From a virus (lineage: Duplodnaviria; Caudoviricetes): a stretch of 45,125 bases of DNA. Under the pieces are notes generated by a model. The model was not told where the DNA came from, ran no database searches, and was given only the letters and a program-made list of their open reading frames with translations. Within the stretch, counting starts at the first letter, position 1. The number at the start of each line of letters is the position of its first letter. This document shows, in pieces, positions 1 through 7,040 of the stretch. The position numbers were made by a program, and so were the translations under genes. Location of the stretch: the IMG/VR virus record IMGVR_UViG_3300011443_000022, positions 1 to 45,125 of that record. One strand, 5' to 3'.

Positions 1-123
1 ACTACGCGTCTCATCCCACCTAAGACGCTTGGTATTCCCGGTGGTAGCGTAGTTCTTAGCGTAGAAGGGATGCACGTTGTAACCATTATACTTCTCCCAC
101 TGAGACGTTCTTACCTCATGGCG
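1..123. repeat. 123-bp exact direct repeat (copy 1); probable circular-assembly overlap
   Basis: Identical to 45003-45125; lies inside a CDS that stays in frame across the join. Confidence 0.95.
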
Positions 124-789
124 GTTCTTCAACTCCTGCACTGTATACTCAAGAGTCTCCTTATCTATCCTCACCGCGTGATAGTTAGGAATCTCCACAC
201 CTTGCAGACCTGTCGCCGCAAACAGCATCCATGATTCACTTGCAAAGTATATCGCCTTCTCTCCCTTAGCGATATACAAATCATGCCAAGCGTCCCGCCA
301 TAGCCACACTGCATTTGGGTCTTGCACCGTATCAATCATAGCTACCGTGGTCGCCCCTTCCAACCTCTCCACAGCCCCTTCGATAGCTACATCAGTCGGC
401 TTATCAATACTCTCCTCCAACGCATGAACAATCGCCTCACTATCACAATCACTCCTACACTTAAACGCATCATCATTCCACACATGGCCGTTGTGTACAA
501 GCATGAAACGCTGACCGATATGAGGGTGGTTGTTCTCGTTTACGTGTGCTGGCCCACTTGTACTTAATCTGGTATGCCCGATAAGCACACTGGAATCTAA
601 CGCATGGGGGTAGTCTCGGATAACAAAATCCGTTACCGGCCCCGGACGCTTAGCATAACAGAACTTATCATGGGATTCGTTATACCATATCAACCCACCA
701 GCATCTTTACCACGATTCTGTGACCAGAATCCTAGTTCGTATAGCTCAGCTTTATCCATCTCTCCTACGCCGCCAAAAATCCCACACAT
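1..789 (-). CDS. Class II (Ntn) glutamine amidotransferase, 5' part; continues across the join to 44640 (383 aa total); missing from the ORF track
   Basis: Manual translation from ATG at 789: MCGIFG (catalytic Cys2)...QNRGKDAGG...IGHTRLST...NNHPH...VHNGHV...DCDSEAI. In frame with ORF 44640..45077. Abuts the amidoligase stop (TAAATG). Confidence 0.92.
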   Translation of the reverse strand, partial: MCGIFGGVGEMDKAELYELGFWSQNRGKDAGGLIWYNESHDKFCYAKRPGPVTDFVIRDYPHALDSSVLIGHTRLSTSGPAHVNENNHPHIGQRFMLVHNGHVWNDDAFKCRSDCDSEAIVHALEESIDKPTDVAIEGAVERLEGATTVAMIDTVQDPNAVWLWRDAWHDLYIAKGEKAIYFASESWMLFAATGLQGVEIPNYHAVRIDKETLEYTVQELKNRHEVRTSQWEKYNGYNVHPFYAKNYATTGNTKRLRWDETRS

Positions 790-1923
790 TTATATGCTAC
801 TCCTTAACTGCTCTCTTGCTGGAACCTTACAGCCATTCAGCATATCCGGCGTAAAGGTAAACCTAGGTATCACACTACCTCTACTCTTAGCCAAACTCCT
901 CATCTCCCTCTTGTAATGCTCCTTTGCTGACTTACCGTACTCATCATCACTAAGAATTAACTTACCCCACATCTCCTTCAAAGGTGCAGAAGACTGTGTT
1001 ACTCTCAACGGTATATTAAACGTGTAGATAGCGTACTCCAACAGCATATTCGTAAGTATAATCCAATTACGGATACGCTTGTAACTCACCGTTCCTTGAT
1101 GTTGGCGGAATTCCACTGTACTATGGTGAGTCGGCCCGTTAATTGAAAGATACCGACCATGCGGATTACGTAGACTAAGGTTACCCAATCCGACGAAGGA
1201 TTCACAGTATTCGTTTCTCCACCGAGAAGGCCGGAAGAACAACTCAATCGCAGGAGAGTAGCGTTGATATACGAACCTTAATCTCTGGCATATCTCCTCC
1301 GGGGTAAGAAGGCCAGAGTTGGGCTGCGTGTAAGTTTCATAGTTACTATAATACTGTGTTAAATCGTGATGTACGTGTAAACCGCAGCTACGATTCACAC
1401 TTATCTTCTCCTCCTTTAGAATATCACATATTTCTTTGACTTTACGTAGCCCACTATTGCCCCTCCATGGCCCCAACCTTATCTCTCCCGCTCCGTGTGG
1501 TATAAGAGGATGAGCGTTGATACTACCATCCCCGACGATTTGTACACCCGCATCCTCAATCCTATTACGAGAGTGGCGAGTCAACCCCACACACTCAATC
1601 TCCACACCGAACTTACGCTGTGGATTATATCCACTATAATGTGTAGGAATAACGCTACTAGGAGTAGGAGGGGTTTCAGGAATGGGAGCATCAGTAGGAT
1701 ATGTAGTAAGTACCCTTTCCAACGGCCTTAACTGCTCGTCTAACATGTATAAGTAGTTATCCGTCAGCCTATCTCGTGCTGGTGGAATAGGTTCCTCTAC
1801 ATCCTCTACAAGTCCATAAGAGAACCTTGTACAGTTGCAGTCGTTCAGAATACATCCATCTCGACTGTTGTGGTCAGTATAAGTATGGTTGCAATTATAA
1901 CAGTCTTGGGATGTTCTAGGCAT
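790..1923 (-). CDS. Putative amidoligase (COOH-NH2 ligase, Amidoligase_2-like) with Cys-rich N-terminal extension and Pro-rich linker
   Basis: RKFGVEIEC, GDGSI, NRSCGLHVH, RYLSIN and TVEFRQHQGT motifs; adjacent to the GATase. Confidence 0.88.
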   Translation of the reverse strand: MPRTSQDCYNCNHTYTDHNSRDGCILNDCNCTRFSYGLVEDVEEPIPPARDRLTDNYLYMLDEQLRPLERVLTTYPTDAPIPETPPTPSSVIPTHYSGYNPQRKFGVEIECVGLTRHSRNRIEDAGVQIVGDGSINAHPLIPHGAGEIRLGPWRGNSGLRKVKEICDILKEEKISVNRSCGLHVHHDLTQYYSNYETYTQPNSGLLTPEEICQRLRFVYQRYSPAIELFFRPSRWRNEYCESFVGLGNLSLRNPHGRYLSINGPTHHSTVEFRQHQGTVSYKRIRNWIILTNMLLEYAIYTFNIPLRVTQSSAPLKEMWGKLILSDDEYGKSAKEHYKREMRSLAKSRGSVIPRFTFTPDMLNGCKVPAREQLRSSI

Positions 1924-2190
1924 TTACTTTCCCTCCTTCTTTACCCTAGTGGCTTGTACAAACTGCTCGGCGTTGAAGTCCAACTGTGTAATCCTTCTTC
2001 CATCGAGATACATCTGCGTTTTGTTAAACAGAGATATAAACGCCTGTGTAAGTTCATCTTTTGAATAGCAAGGCTCATAGTCGTATAGACCAAAACCACT
2101 ATCAGGGTCTTTGAAGTTATACGTATCTGTTTTTCTTAATACTTCTGCTATTAACTGTATCTGTTTCTGCGAAAACATCCATCTCCTCAC
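1924..2190 (-). CDS. Hypothetical protein
   Basis: ORF abutting the amidoligase start within a tightly packed operon. Confidence 0.65.
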   Translation of the reverse strand: MRRWMFSQKQIQLIAEVLRKTDTYNFKDPDSGFGLYDYEPCYSKDELTQAFISLFNKTQMYLDGRRITQLDFNAEQFVQATRVKKEGK

Positions 2191-2288
2191 TTTCCTGTTC
2201 TAATCCTAACAACTTCATCCATGGATAGAGAATCAAACCTACAAAATCCATATACAGATGTACTCCTTTTAACAACTCCTCTCCTATG

Positions 2289-2513
2289 TCACATTTTGCT
2301 GGCTCGACTACCTCTTGTTGCTTCCGGTATGCTTTCATCAAAGCACTCCTTAGAACATATGACTGCGCCTATCTTACACAGTTTACCACACTGTACGCAA
2401 GACCAGACTATCTTACCCACTACCGGCGCACAGTCTCGGCAGATAATACCAATCTCCCAACAGCGCGGACAGGGTATGAACGTCTCCTTTCGTATATCTA
2501 ATCCCGCACTCAT
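2289..2513 (-). CDS. Small Cys-rich (multiple CxxC) hypothetical protein
   Basis: CPRC, CRDC, CVQC and CSKEC motifs; likely start MSAGLD with ATGA overlap. Confidence 0.55.
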   Translation of the reverse strand: MSAGLDIRKETFIPCPRCWEIGIICRDCAPVVGKIVWSCVQCGKLCKIGAVICSKECFDESIPEATRGSRASKM

Positions 2514-2669
2514 GCTATATCCTGCACTACTGCATTCCACAATACATACGTCAAGAACTTCTTCCTCTCCTCATACGCATCAGCTATGCTCAACAAACAT
2601 TGCCAGCAGCTAAGCCACTCGGTAGCGGCTCTACCATGCGGACAGGGGCGCGTTCCAGCAATATACCTC

Positions 2670-2933
2670 TCAGTTTGCAGCATATTCTTCTTCCTCCAAA
2701 TCCTCTCGACGTTCTAACACATCTTTCCAGTCCTCTCCACTAAAACAGCCATACAAGTTCTCTACTTCGTCAGGTGAGAACATCATAGGCAGTCTAGGAA
2801 ACCGTACCTCGATACCCTGATAGCTAAATACCAGTGTTTCGTACGCGACAGAACTTCCTCCATAGCCTAGAAATACTGCCCCTTCCGGCGCAGAGGATTT
2901 AATCTTATCCTCCCAATTAGGCTTCGGAGACAC
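2670..2933 (-). CDS. Hypothetical acidic protein
   Basis: ORF with AAAGGAG RBS. Confidence 0.65.
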   Translation of the reverse strand: MSPKPNWEDKIKSSAPEGAVFLGYGGSSVAYETLVFSYQGIEVRFPRLPMMFSPDEVENLYGCFSGEDWKDVLERREDLEEEEYAAN

Positions 2934-3090
2934 TGACTACTCCTTTCCTCATACACTCCTCTACTAACAGATCAAACCCTACCCTATCCTCCTTTCGGAA
3001 GTTCATCAACTCCATCATACTGACTGCCTTCGTCTCGCCAAACACAGCTTGAAGAACACCAATCTTCACCTTGATAGATAGTTCAACCAT
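2917..3090 (-). CDS. Hypothetical protein
   Basis: Likely start MVELSIK after AAGGAAG. Confidence 0.55.
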   Translation of the reverse strand: MVELSIKVKIGVLQAVFGETKAVSMMELMNFRKEDRVGFDLLVEECMRKGVVSVSEA

Positions 3091-3182
3091 CGCACTTCCT
3101 TCTTTCTTCTGTGGTAGCTCCACCTGTATTTACAGTGTGGTACTACACACCACATATTGTCTACGCCGTATTTCTGGTGTAT
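3066..3182 (-). CDS. Possible 38-aa peptide with ATA start
   Basis: AAGGAGGAG directly upstream of ATA CAC CAG AAA...; the first ATG is 9 codons further in; fills a gap between genes. Confidence 0.4.
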   Translation of the reverse strand: MHQKYGVDNMWCVVPHCKYRWSYHRRKKEVRWLNYLSR

Positions 3183-3195
3183 AGCTCCTCCTTTA

Positions 3196-3408
3196 CTAGT
3201 CAAGTAGAACTCCTACAACGGAGTTGATAAGCTGAGACTCGGATGAATCCACCTTCAACACCCTCACCCACATACTCCCCCCGAACGTAGGTGACACATG
3301 CACTTGATTGTCGTTCATGGTAATAGAGAACTTATGCCCTTCGGGGGTTGTAAGGGCTATAAGTTCATCCTCTTTGATATGAACAGAGCGTACTCGGTTG
3401 ATCATCAT
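3196..3408 (-). CDS. Hypothetical protein
   Basis: ORF with TAGGA RBS in a packed operon. Confidence 0.65.
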   Translation of the reverse strand: MMINRVRSVHIKEDELIALTTPEGHKFSITMNDNQVHVSPTFGGSMWVRVLKVDSSESQLINSVVGVLLD

Positions 3409-3412
3409 TGTC

Positions 3413-3676
3413 CTACATCTGCCTCATGCACATACAAACCATCCGCCAGTGTCCATCCTCTACTTCCCGTCCCTGCTTGTTCACATGAGAGCCAGTACTC
3501 ACCCAGACCTCCACCCTCTCACTGGTACACTTGGCGCAAATCTGCTTCCACACCTTATGTGAGACAGAGTACAAGCCATCCCGGACAATCCCTGCCCAAG
3601 TGAACTTACTGCCACTAGGGTTTGGTAGTGGAGGAACGATAGTGTTTCGCTGTGTGTAGCCGTTGTGATTAGTCAT
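3413..3676 (-). CDS. Hypothetical protein (CxxC...CxC)
   Basis: GGAGG RBS before MTNHNGY. Confidence 0.6.
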   Translation of the reverse strand: MTNHNGYTQRNTIVPPLPNPSGSKFTWAGIVRDGLYSVSHKVWKQICAKCTSERVEVWVSTGSHVNKQGREVEDGHWRMVCMCMRQM

Positions 3677-3868
3677 CTCGGCCTCCATAATTTCTTTTCT
3701 GCTTCACTTGGATGTAACCAACAAGTTACGACCCCGAAGATTGGGTGTCGTTCATACACCCTTAAACATACAGGGCAGATGAGTCTCGTTATGAACTCGA
3801 ACATACTTTTCCTCCGTTAGAAAGTCCAGCATCCACTGAACGCTGCATGGAGATGAGTAGAGCTAGTT

Positions 3869-4084
3869 CTATATTACCTCCTCTATCCTTGTTACATGAA
3901 CTCCACGGCTCTCGAAATGCTGTAGAGCTAATTCGATTGACGGAAAGTTTAGTAGGCCGGTGTGATGCGCTCCGTTTGAGTCAGTACAGAGTGCGGGGCC
4001 AAACACAGGGCATACCTCAGTAACCTTGTTACGAGGGTCGTGATTACCCCTCATCCTCACTTTAATTGTTATTAGTAACTGCAT
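3869..4084 (-). CDS. Hypothetical protein
   Basis: Likely start MQLLITIK, TAATG-coupled to the upstream gene. Confidence 0.6.
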   Translation of the reverse strand: MQLLITIKVRMRGNHDPRNKVTEVCPVFGPALCTDSNGAHHTGLLNFPSIELALQHFESRGVHVTRIEEVI

Positions 4085-4317
4085 TATCCTATCCTTTCCT
4101 TCATCGTACAACTCTTCCAGCATGATACTGTGTGACGGGTTGTGCGGCGGATTCTTGCATCACCATCCACTGTGGTTAGCTCAATCCTTGTGTCCCTCAT
4201 CCACCTGTCTCCCTCAGCCCCTAGAACATCTCTAGCGGCATGCATAATACCCCCAGCTAGCGGGAGGTACTCCACCCTGAACGCTTCACAAAGGGCTAGG
4301 AAACCTAACTCTGGCAT
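4084..4317 (-). CDS. Hypothetical protein, first gene of the leftward operon
   Basis: Likely start MPELGF after AGAGGAAAGGA. Confidence 0.6.
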   Translation of the reverse strand: MPELGFLALCEAFRVEYLPLAGGIMHAARDVLGAEGDRWMRDTRIELTTVDGDARIRRTTRHTVSCWKSCTMKERIG

Positions 4318-4365
4318 ATCTACTATCCTTTCCTCTAGTGGCTCGGCGGCTCCGAACCTGAGAAA

Positions 4366-4395
4366 AGCATTGCACAAACGGCGCAAGTTTGTCAA
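4366..4395 (-). promoter_or_regulatory. Possible sigma70-type promoter for the leftward operon
   Basis: TTGACA-18 bp-AATGCT with a TG extension. Confidence 0.4.
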
Positions 4396-4564
4396 GTTTG
4401 TATCTAAATCGGCCTATTTGCGAAGCGTTTTGTTTGTTTATTCGCGGCCATTCTCCTGCGGCCATCCCCCGCGTACTTTCCATTAGACTCGCATCTCTAC
4501 TATCCTTGCTACTCTCACTCTCACTTTGACTCTCATGTGTCTGACTACTTTCACTTTCCTTTTC

Positions 4565-4618
4565 GTGCGGGGGAAAACGCGCGCGGGGGTTCGCGCCTGC
4601 GGGGGTTCACGGTGGGGG
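4565..4618 (+). repeat. Four G5 tracts in near-16-bp periodic repeats
   Basis: GGGGG at 4569, 4585, 4601 and 4614; the first three follow GC. Confidence 0.75.
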
Positions 4619-4666
4619 CCGACACCGGAAGCTGAGATATAGAAATTCCTCTGTAGTCCAGACCCC

Positions 4667-4697
4667 TTGACAGCCGCAACCTGCGCCATGATACATT
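4667..4697 (+). promoter_or_regulatory. Possible promoter for the + strand mini-operon
   Basis: TTGACA, then TGa-TACATT extended -10 (spacer 19 bp, long). Confidence 0.4.
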
Positions 4698-4732
4698 GGT
4701 GACCACGAACCAACCATCAGCGGAGGACGCCA

Positions 4733-4909
4733 ATGGATACGAAAATGCAAGAATGGGTGAGACGCGTTGGCCGCCAATACCTTGACGCTATGCGAATTGA
4801 CCAATTGCAAGTTGTAGCTATGCGGTTAGGTATTGGCCCACGAAACTACAGCCGGAAGGTTATGACAGACAAAATCATCGAACGTAGTCAAGTTACATAT
4901 TGGAGGTAA
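4733..4909 (+). CDS. 58-aa protein with a Rho N-terminal/HeH-like helical motif (below the ORF-track cutoff)
   Basis: GGAGG RBS; MDTKMQEWVRRVGRQYLDAMRIDQLQVVAMRLGIGPRNYSRKVMTDKIIERSQVTYWR fits the L..m...qL..vA..lGI.....rK..m...Ii pattern. Confidence 0.6.
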   Translation: MDTKMQEWVRRVGRQYLDAMRIDQLQVVAMRLGIGPRNYSRKVMTDKIIERSQVTYWR

Positions 4910-4914
4910 CGCCA

Positions 4915-4962
4915 ATGCACCAACGGAAAACTGAATACGCAACCTACCAACTCAACCACTAA
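4915..4962 (+). CDS. Possible 15-aa peptide MHQRKTEYATYQLNH
   Basis: GGAGG..ACGCCAATG start context repeats that of the 4733 ORF. Confidence 0.35.
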   Translation: MHQRKTEYATYQLNH

Positions 4963-4980
4963 ACAGGAGTTAGATTTACG

Positions 4981-5271
4981 ATGGCAACCAAGAAGGCAAC
5001 AAGCGGCCAGTTCGACGCAATCACGATCACTGAGCAGCGAGTCACCAAAGTAGGACGTTCGAGCAAGGGAAACACGTTCCGCAACGTGTTCCTTACCGGG
5101 AATGCCGATGGACACGAATTCAGCGGCAACGTGCAGGTTTACGGCGATTTTGCTCCCGATGCGACAACTCCCGGTGCAGTGAAGTCCTCGGTAAAGCCAG
5201 ACCCGGCGATCATGGCCGCGCTGGCCGCGAACCCCGACGCCCTAGCAATCTACATGAGACAATACGCCTAA
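4981..5271 (+). CDS. Hypothetical 96-aa protein
   Basis: CAGGAG RBS; followed by a terminator. Confidence 0.8.
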   Translation: MATKKATSGQFDAITITEQRVTKVGRSSKGNTFRNVFLTGNADGHEFSGNVQVYGDFAPDATTPGAVKSSVKPDPAIMAALAANPDALAIYMRQYA

Positions 5272-5298
5272 CACCCCTCCGCCTCAGTAGATAGAAGT

Positions 5299-5330
5299 GA
5301 ACCCCTGCTACGGTGGGGGTTTCTTCTTGT
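5299..5330 (+). terminator. Intrinsic terminator
   Basis: AACCCCTGC-TACG-GTGGGGGTT hairpin (cUACGg loop) followed by a T-rich run. Confidence 0.75.
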
Positions 5331-5804
5331 CCATCGCACAGCCCCCGGCCCATGTTCCACCCTCCCTCATACCTACCATCGCCCCATCCCTAGCGTCGAT
5401 TCTAAGCCGCCTCACAGCCACGCCAGCCTGCTTCTACCCTACACAGTGGTATCCACCCCCACCCCCACTGTCTACACCTAGCCTAGCGCCGTTCTGACAG
5501 CCGCTCGTGGGATTCATATGGGGCCAGGAGCTATGCTACTTACTATAAGTTAGTTACTCTCCCCGATCAGTGGGTAGTAGGTAGGGAAAGGTATTCCCTC
5601 CGCGCACTACTGATACCTAGTCTCACTACTCCCTATCTGGTAGTACTGGCCCTCCATCGTTAACCAAAACGGTTAGAAAGGGCTGGAATCGACTGGAATC
5701 TACCTAAATCTGGCTATTTGGGGACGAGTTCCGGTTTTTCTGTAACCGTATTGGGGGTAGGGGGCCACTTCGCCGCAAATCTGGGCAAAATAAAAAGAGG
5801 TAAG

Positions 5805-5853
5805 TTGACAAATACTATAGAAAAAGGTTATACTAAAGATAGGAAGTGTCTAT
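5805..5853 (+). promoter_or_regulatory. Sigma70-type promoter with conserved box, upstream of the packaging operon
   Basis: TTGACA-18-TATACT; TTATACTAAAGATAGGAAGTGT is identical to the copy at 18011. Confidence 0.85.
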
Positions 5854-5877
5854 TAGCAGAAATTTTAGGATTTTTTA

Positions 5878-6555
5878 TTGCGAAAACGTGAAAAAGAACT
5901 AGCAGCGGGGCGGACGGCCAAAGGCGACGAGCAGATTTTTGAAGAAAGTCGCGGGGTTGGGAGAAAACCCAAGATAACAGATTATCCTTTGGATTATAAA
6001 ATGGAGGCCGTCCGCCTTTTTATAGAATTGGGGAGTAATTACGCTCATACTAAGCGGAGATTAGCGGAGCGGCATCCCGAAGAGCGGATTCCCCGTACGG
6101 ACACGCTAAAGCGGTGGATAACGCAGTATCAAAACGTGGGGTCGAGGCGGGTTTTGTTCACATCCGACCCCGGACAACTCTGGCAAGAGGTAGAAATTGC
6201 GGCTCTGGATAAGCTACTTGACGATGTTAAAGCTGGCGGGATTCCAGCTAACGTATTATACGCGATTGCTGGCGTGGCTGCTGATAAGAGACTTAAAACC
6301 GTCGAACTCACTAAGGGTAAGACTTCTAGCGTACATCACTTCCACGAACTTGTCACCCAACGTCGTCAACAGCTTGTTGAAAGGGCACAGGAGCAGATGG
6401 GATTGACTGAGGAGGAGGCGGATGCAGCAGTGGAGTTTCAGGAGACGTTCGTTCCTCTTCTGGACGACCCAACTAAGCACATAAGAGTAGATTTAGACGC
6501 GGTTGCAGATAGGATAATTGAAACGAAGGATTATATTGTGAAGGAACCCGCTTAA
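5878..6555 (+). CDS. Putative terminase small subunit
   Basis: N-terminal HTH-like segment (KMEAVRLF...PRTDTLKRWI); first gene of the packaging operon; TTG start. Confidence 0.6.
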   Translation: MRKREKELAAGRTAKGDEQIFEESRGVGRKPKITDYPLDYKMEAVRLFIELGSNYAHTKRRLAERHPEERIPRTDTLKRWITQYQNVGSRRVLFTSDPGQLWQEVEIAALDKLLDDVKAGGIPANVLYAIAGVAADKRLKTVELTKGKTSSVHHFHELVTQRRQQLVERAQEQMGLTEEEADAAVEFQETFVPLLDDPTKHIRVDLDAVADRIIETKDYIVKEPA

Positions 6556-6977
6556 TGAAGTATGCAGTCATCTTAGCCATCCTGCTAGCGCTTACCGTGA
6601 CAGGCGTAGAAGCGAAACGCAGGCCCACGGTGCAGGCCATCACTGTTCCCGGGTGTCCCGTCGTCAGTGAGACGGTGACGTTATCGCCCGGAAGCTCTGA
6701 GACGTGGACGATTGAAGGGTGTCCGGCGTTCGGTTTGTGGGCGGCGTACGCAGAGATAGATAAAGCCTCAGTGCCCTTCGATACCAACGACATCCCGCGC
6801 TATGACGTGGGCCTTACGGTGACGGCACCAGACGGTGTGGTGTTCACGCGGGACACTCATGACGGGTGGAAGGAAGCGTTTGCCTACAACGACTCGATAG
6901 CGGGGACGTGGATTGTCGCCGTTGATAACCACGGCACGAACCAATTCAGCGTCAACGTACTGGCAGGTGGGCAATGA
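6555..6977 (+). CDS. Secreted beta-rich hypothetical protein
   Basis: Signal peptide MKYAVILAILLALTVTGVEA; the C-terminal GTWIVAVDN strand resembles PPC-like beta-sandwiches. Confidence 0.75.
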   Translation: MKYAVILAILLALTVTGVEAKRRPTVQAITVPGCPVVSETVTLSPGSSETWTIEGCPAFGLWAAYAEIDKASVPFDTNDIPRYDVGLTVTAPDGVVFTRDTHDGWKEAFAYNDSIAGTWIVAVDNHGTNQFSVNVLAGGQ

Positions 6978-7037
6978 AGTACGCAATCCTCATTCTCAGG
7001 GACGGTGCTTGTCATTGTGCCGTTTGAAGTTCAATAA
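6974..7037 (+). pseudogene. Possible deletion remnant of a second secreted-protein gene
   Basis: ATGA-coupled MKYAILIL start echoes the preceding gene; another frame reads SGTVLVIVPFEVQ-stop just before TerL. Confidence 0.35.
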
Positions 7038-7040
7038 GAT

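Noticed and set aside
5297-5497. 66-aa Pro-rich ORF
   Set aside because: It starts inside the terminator hairpin and reflects the C-rich non-coding skew
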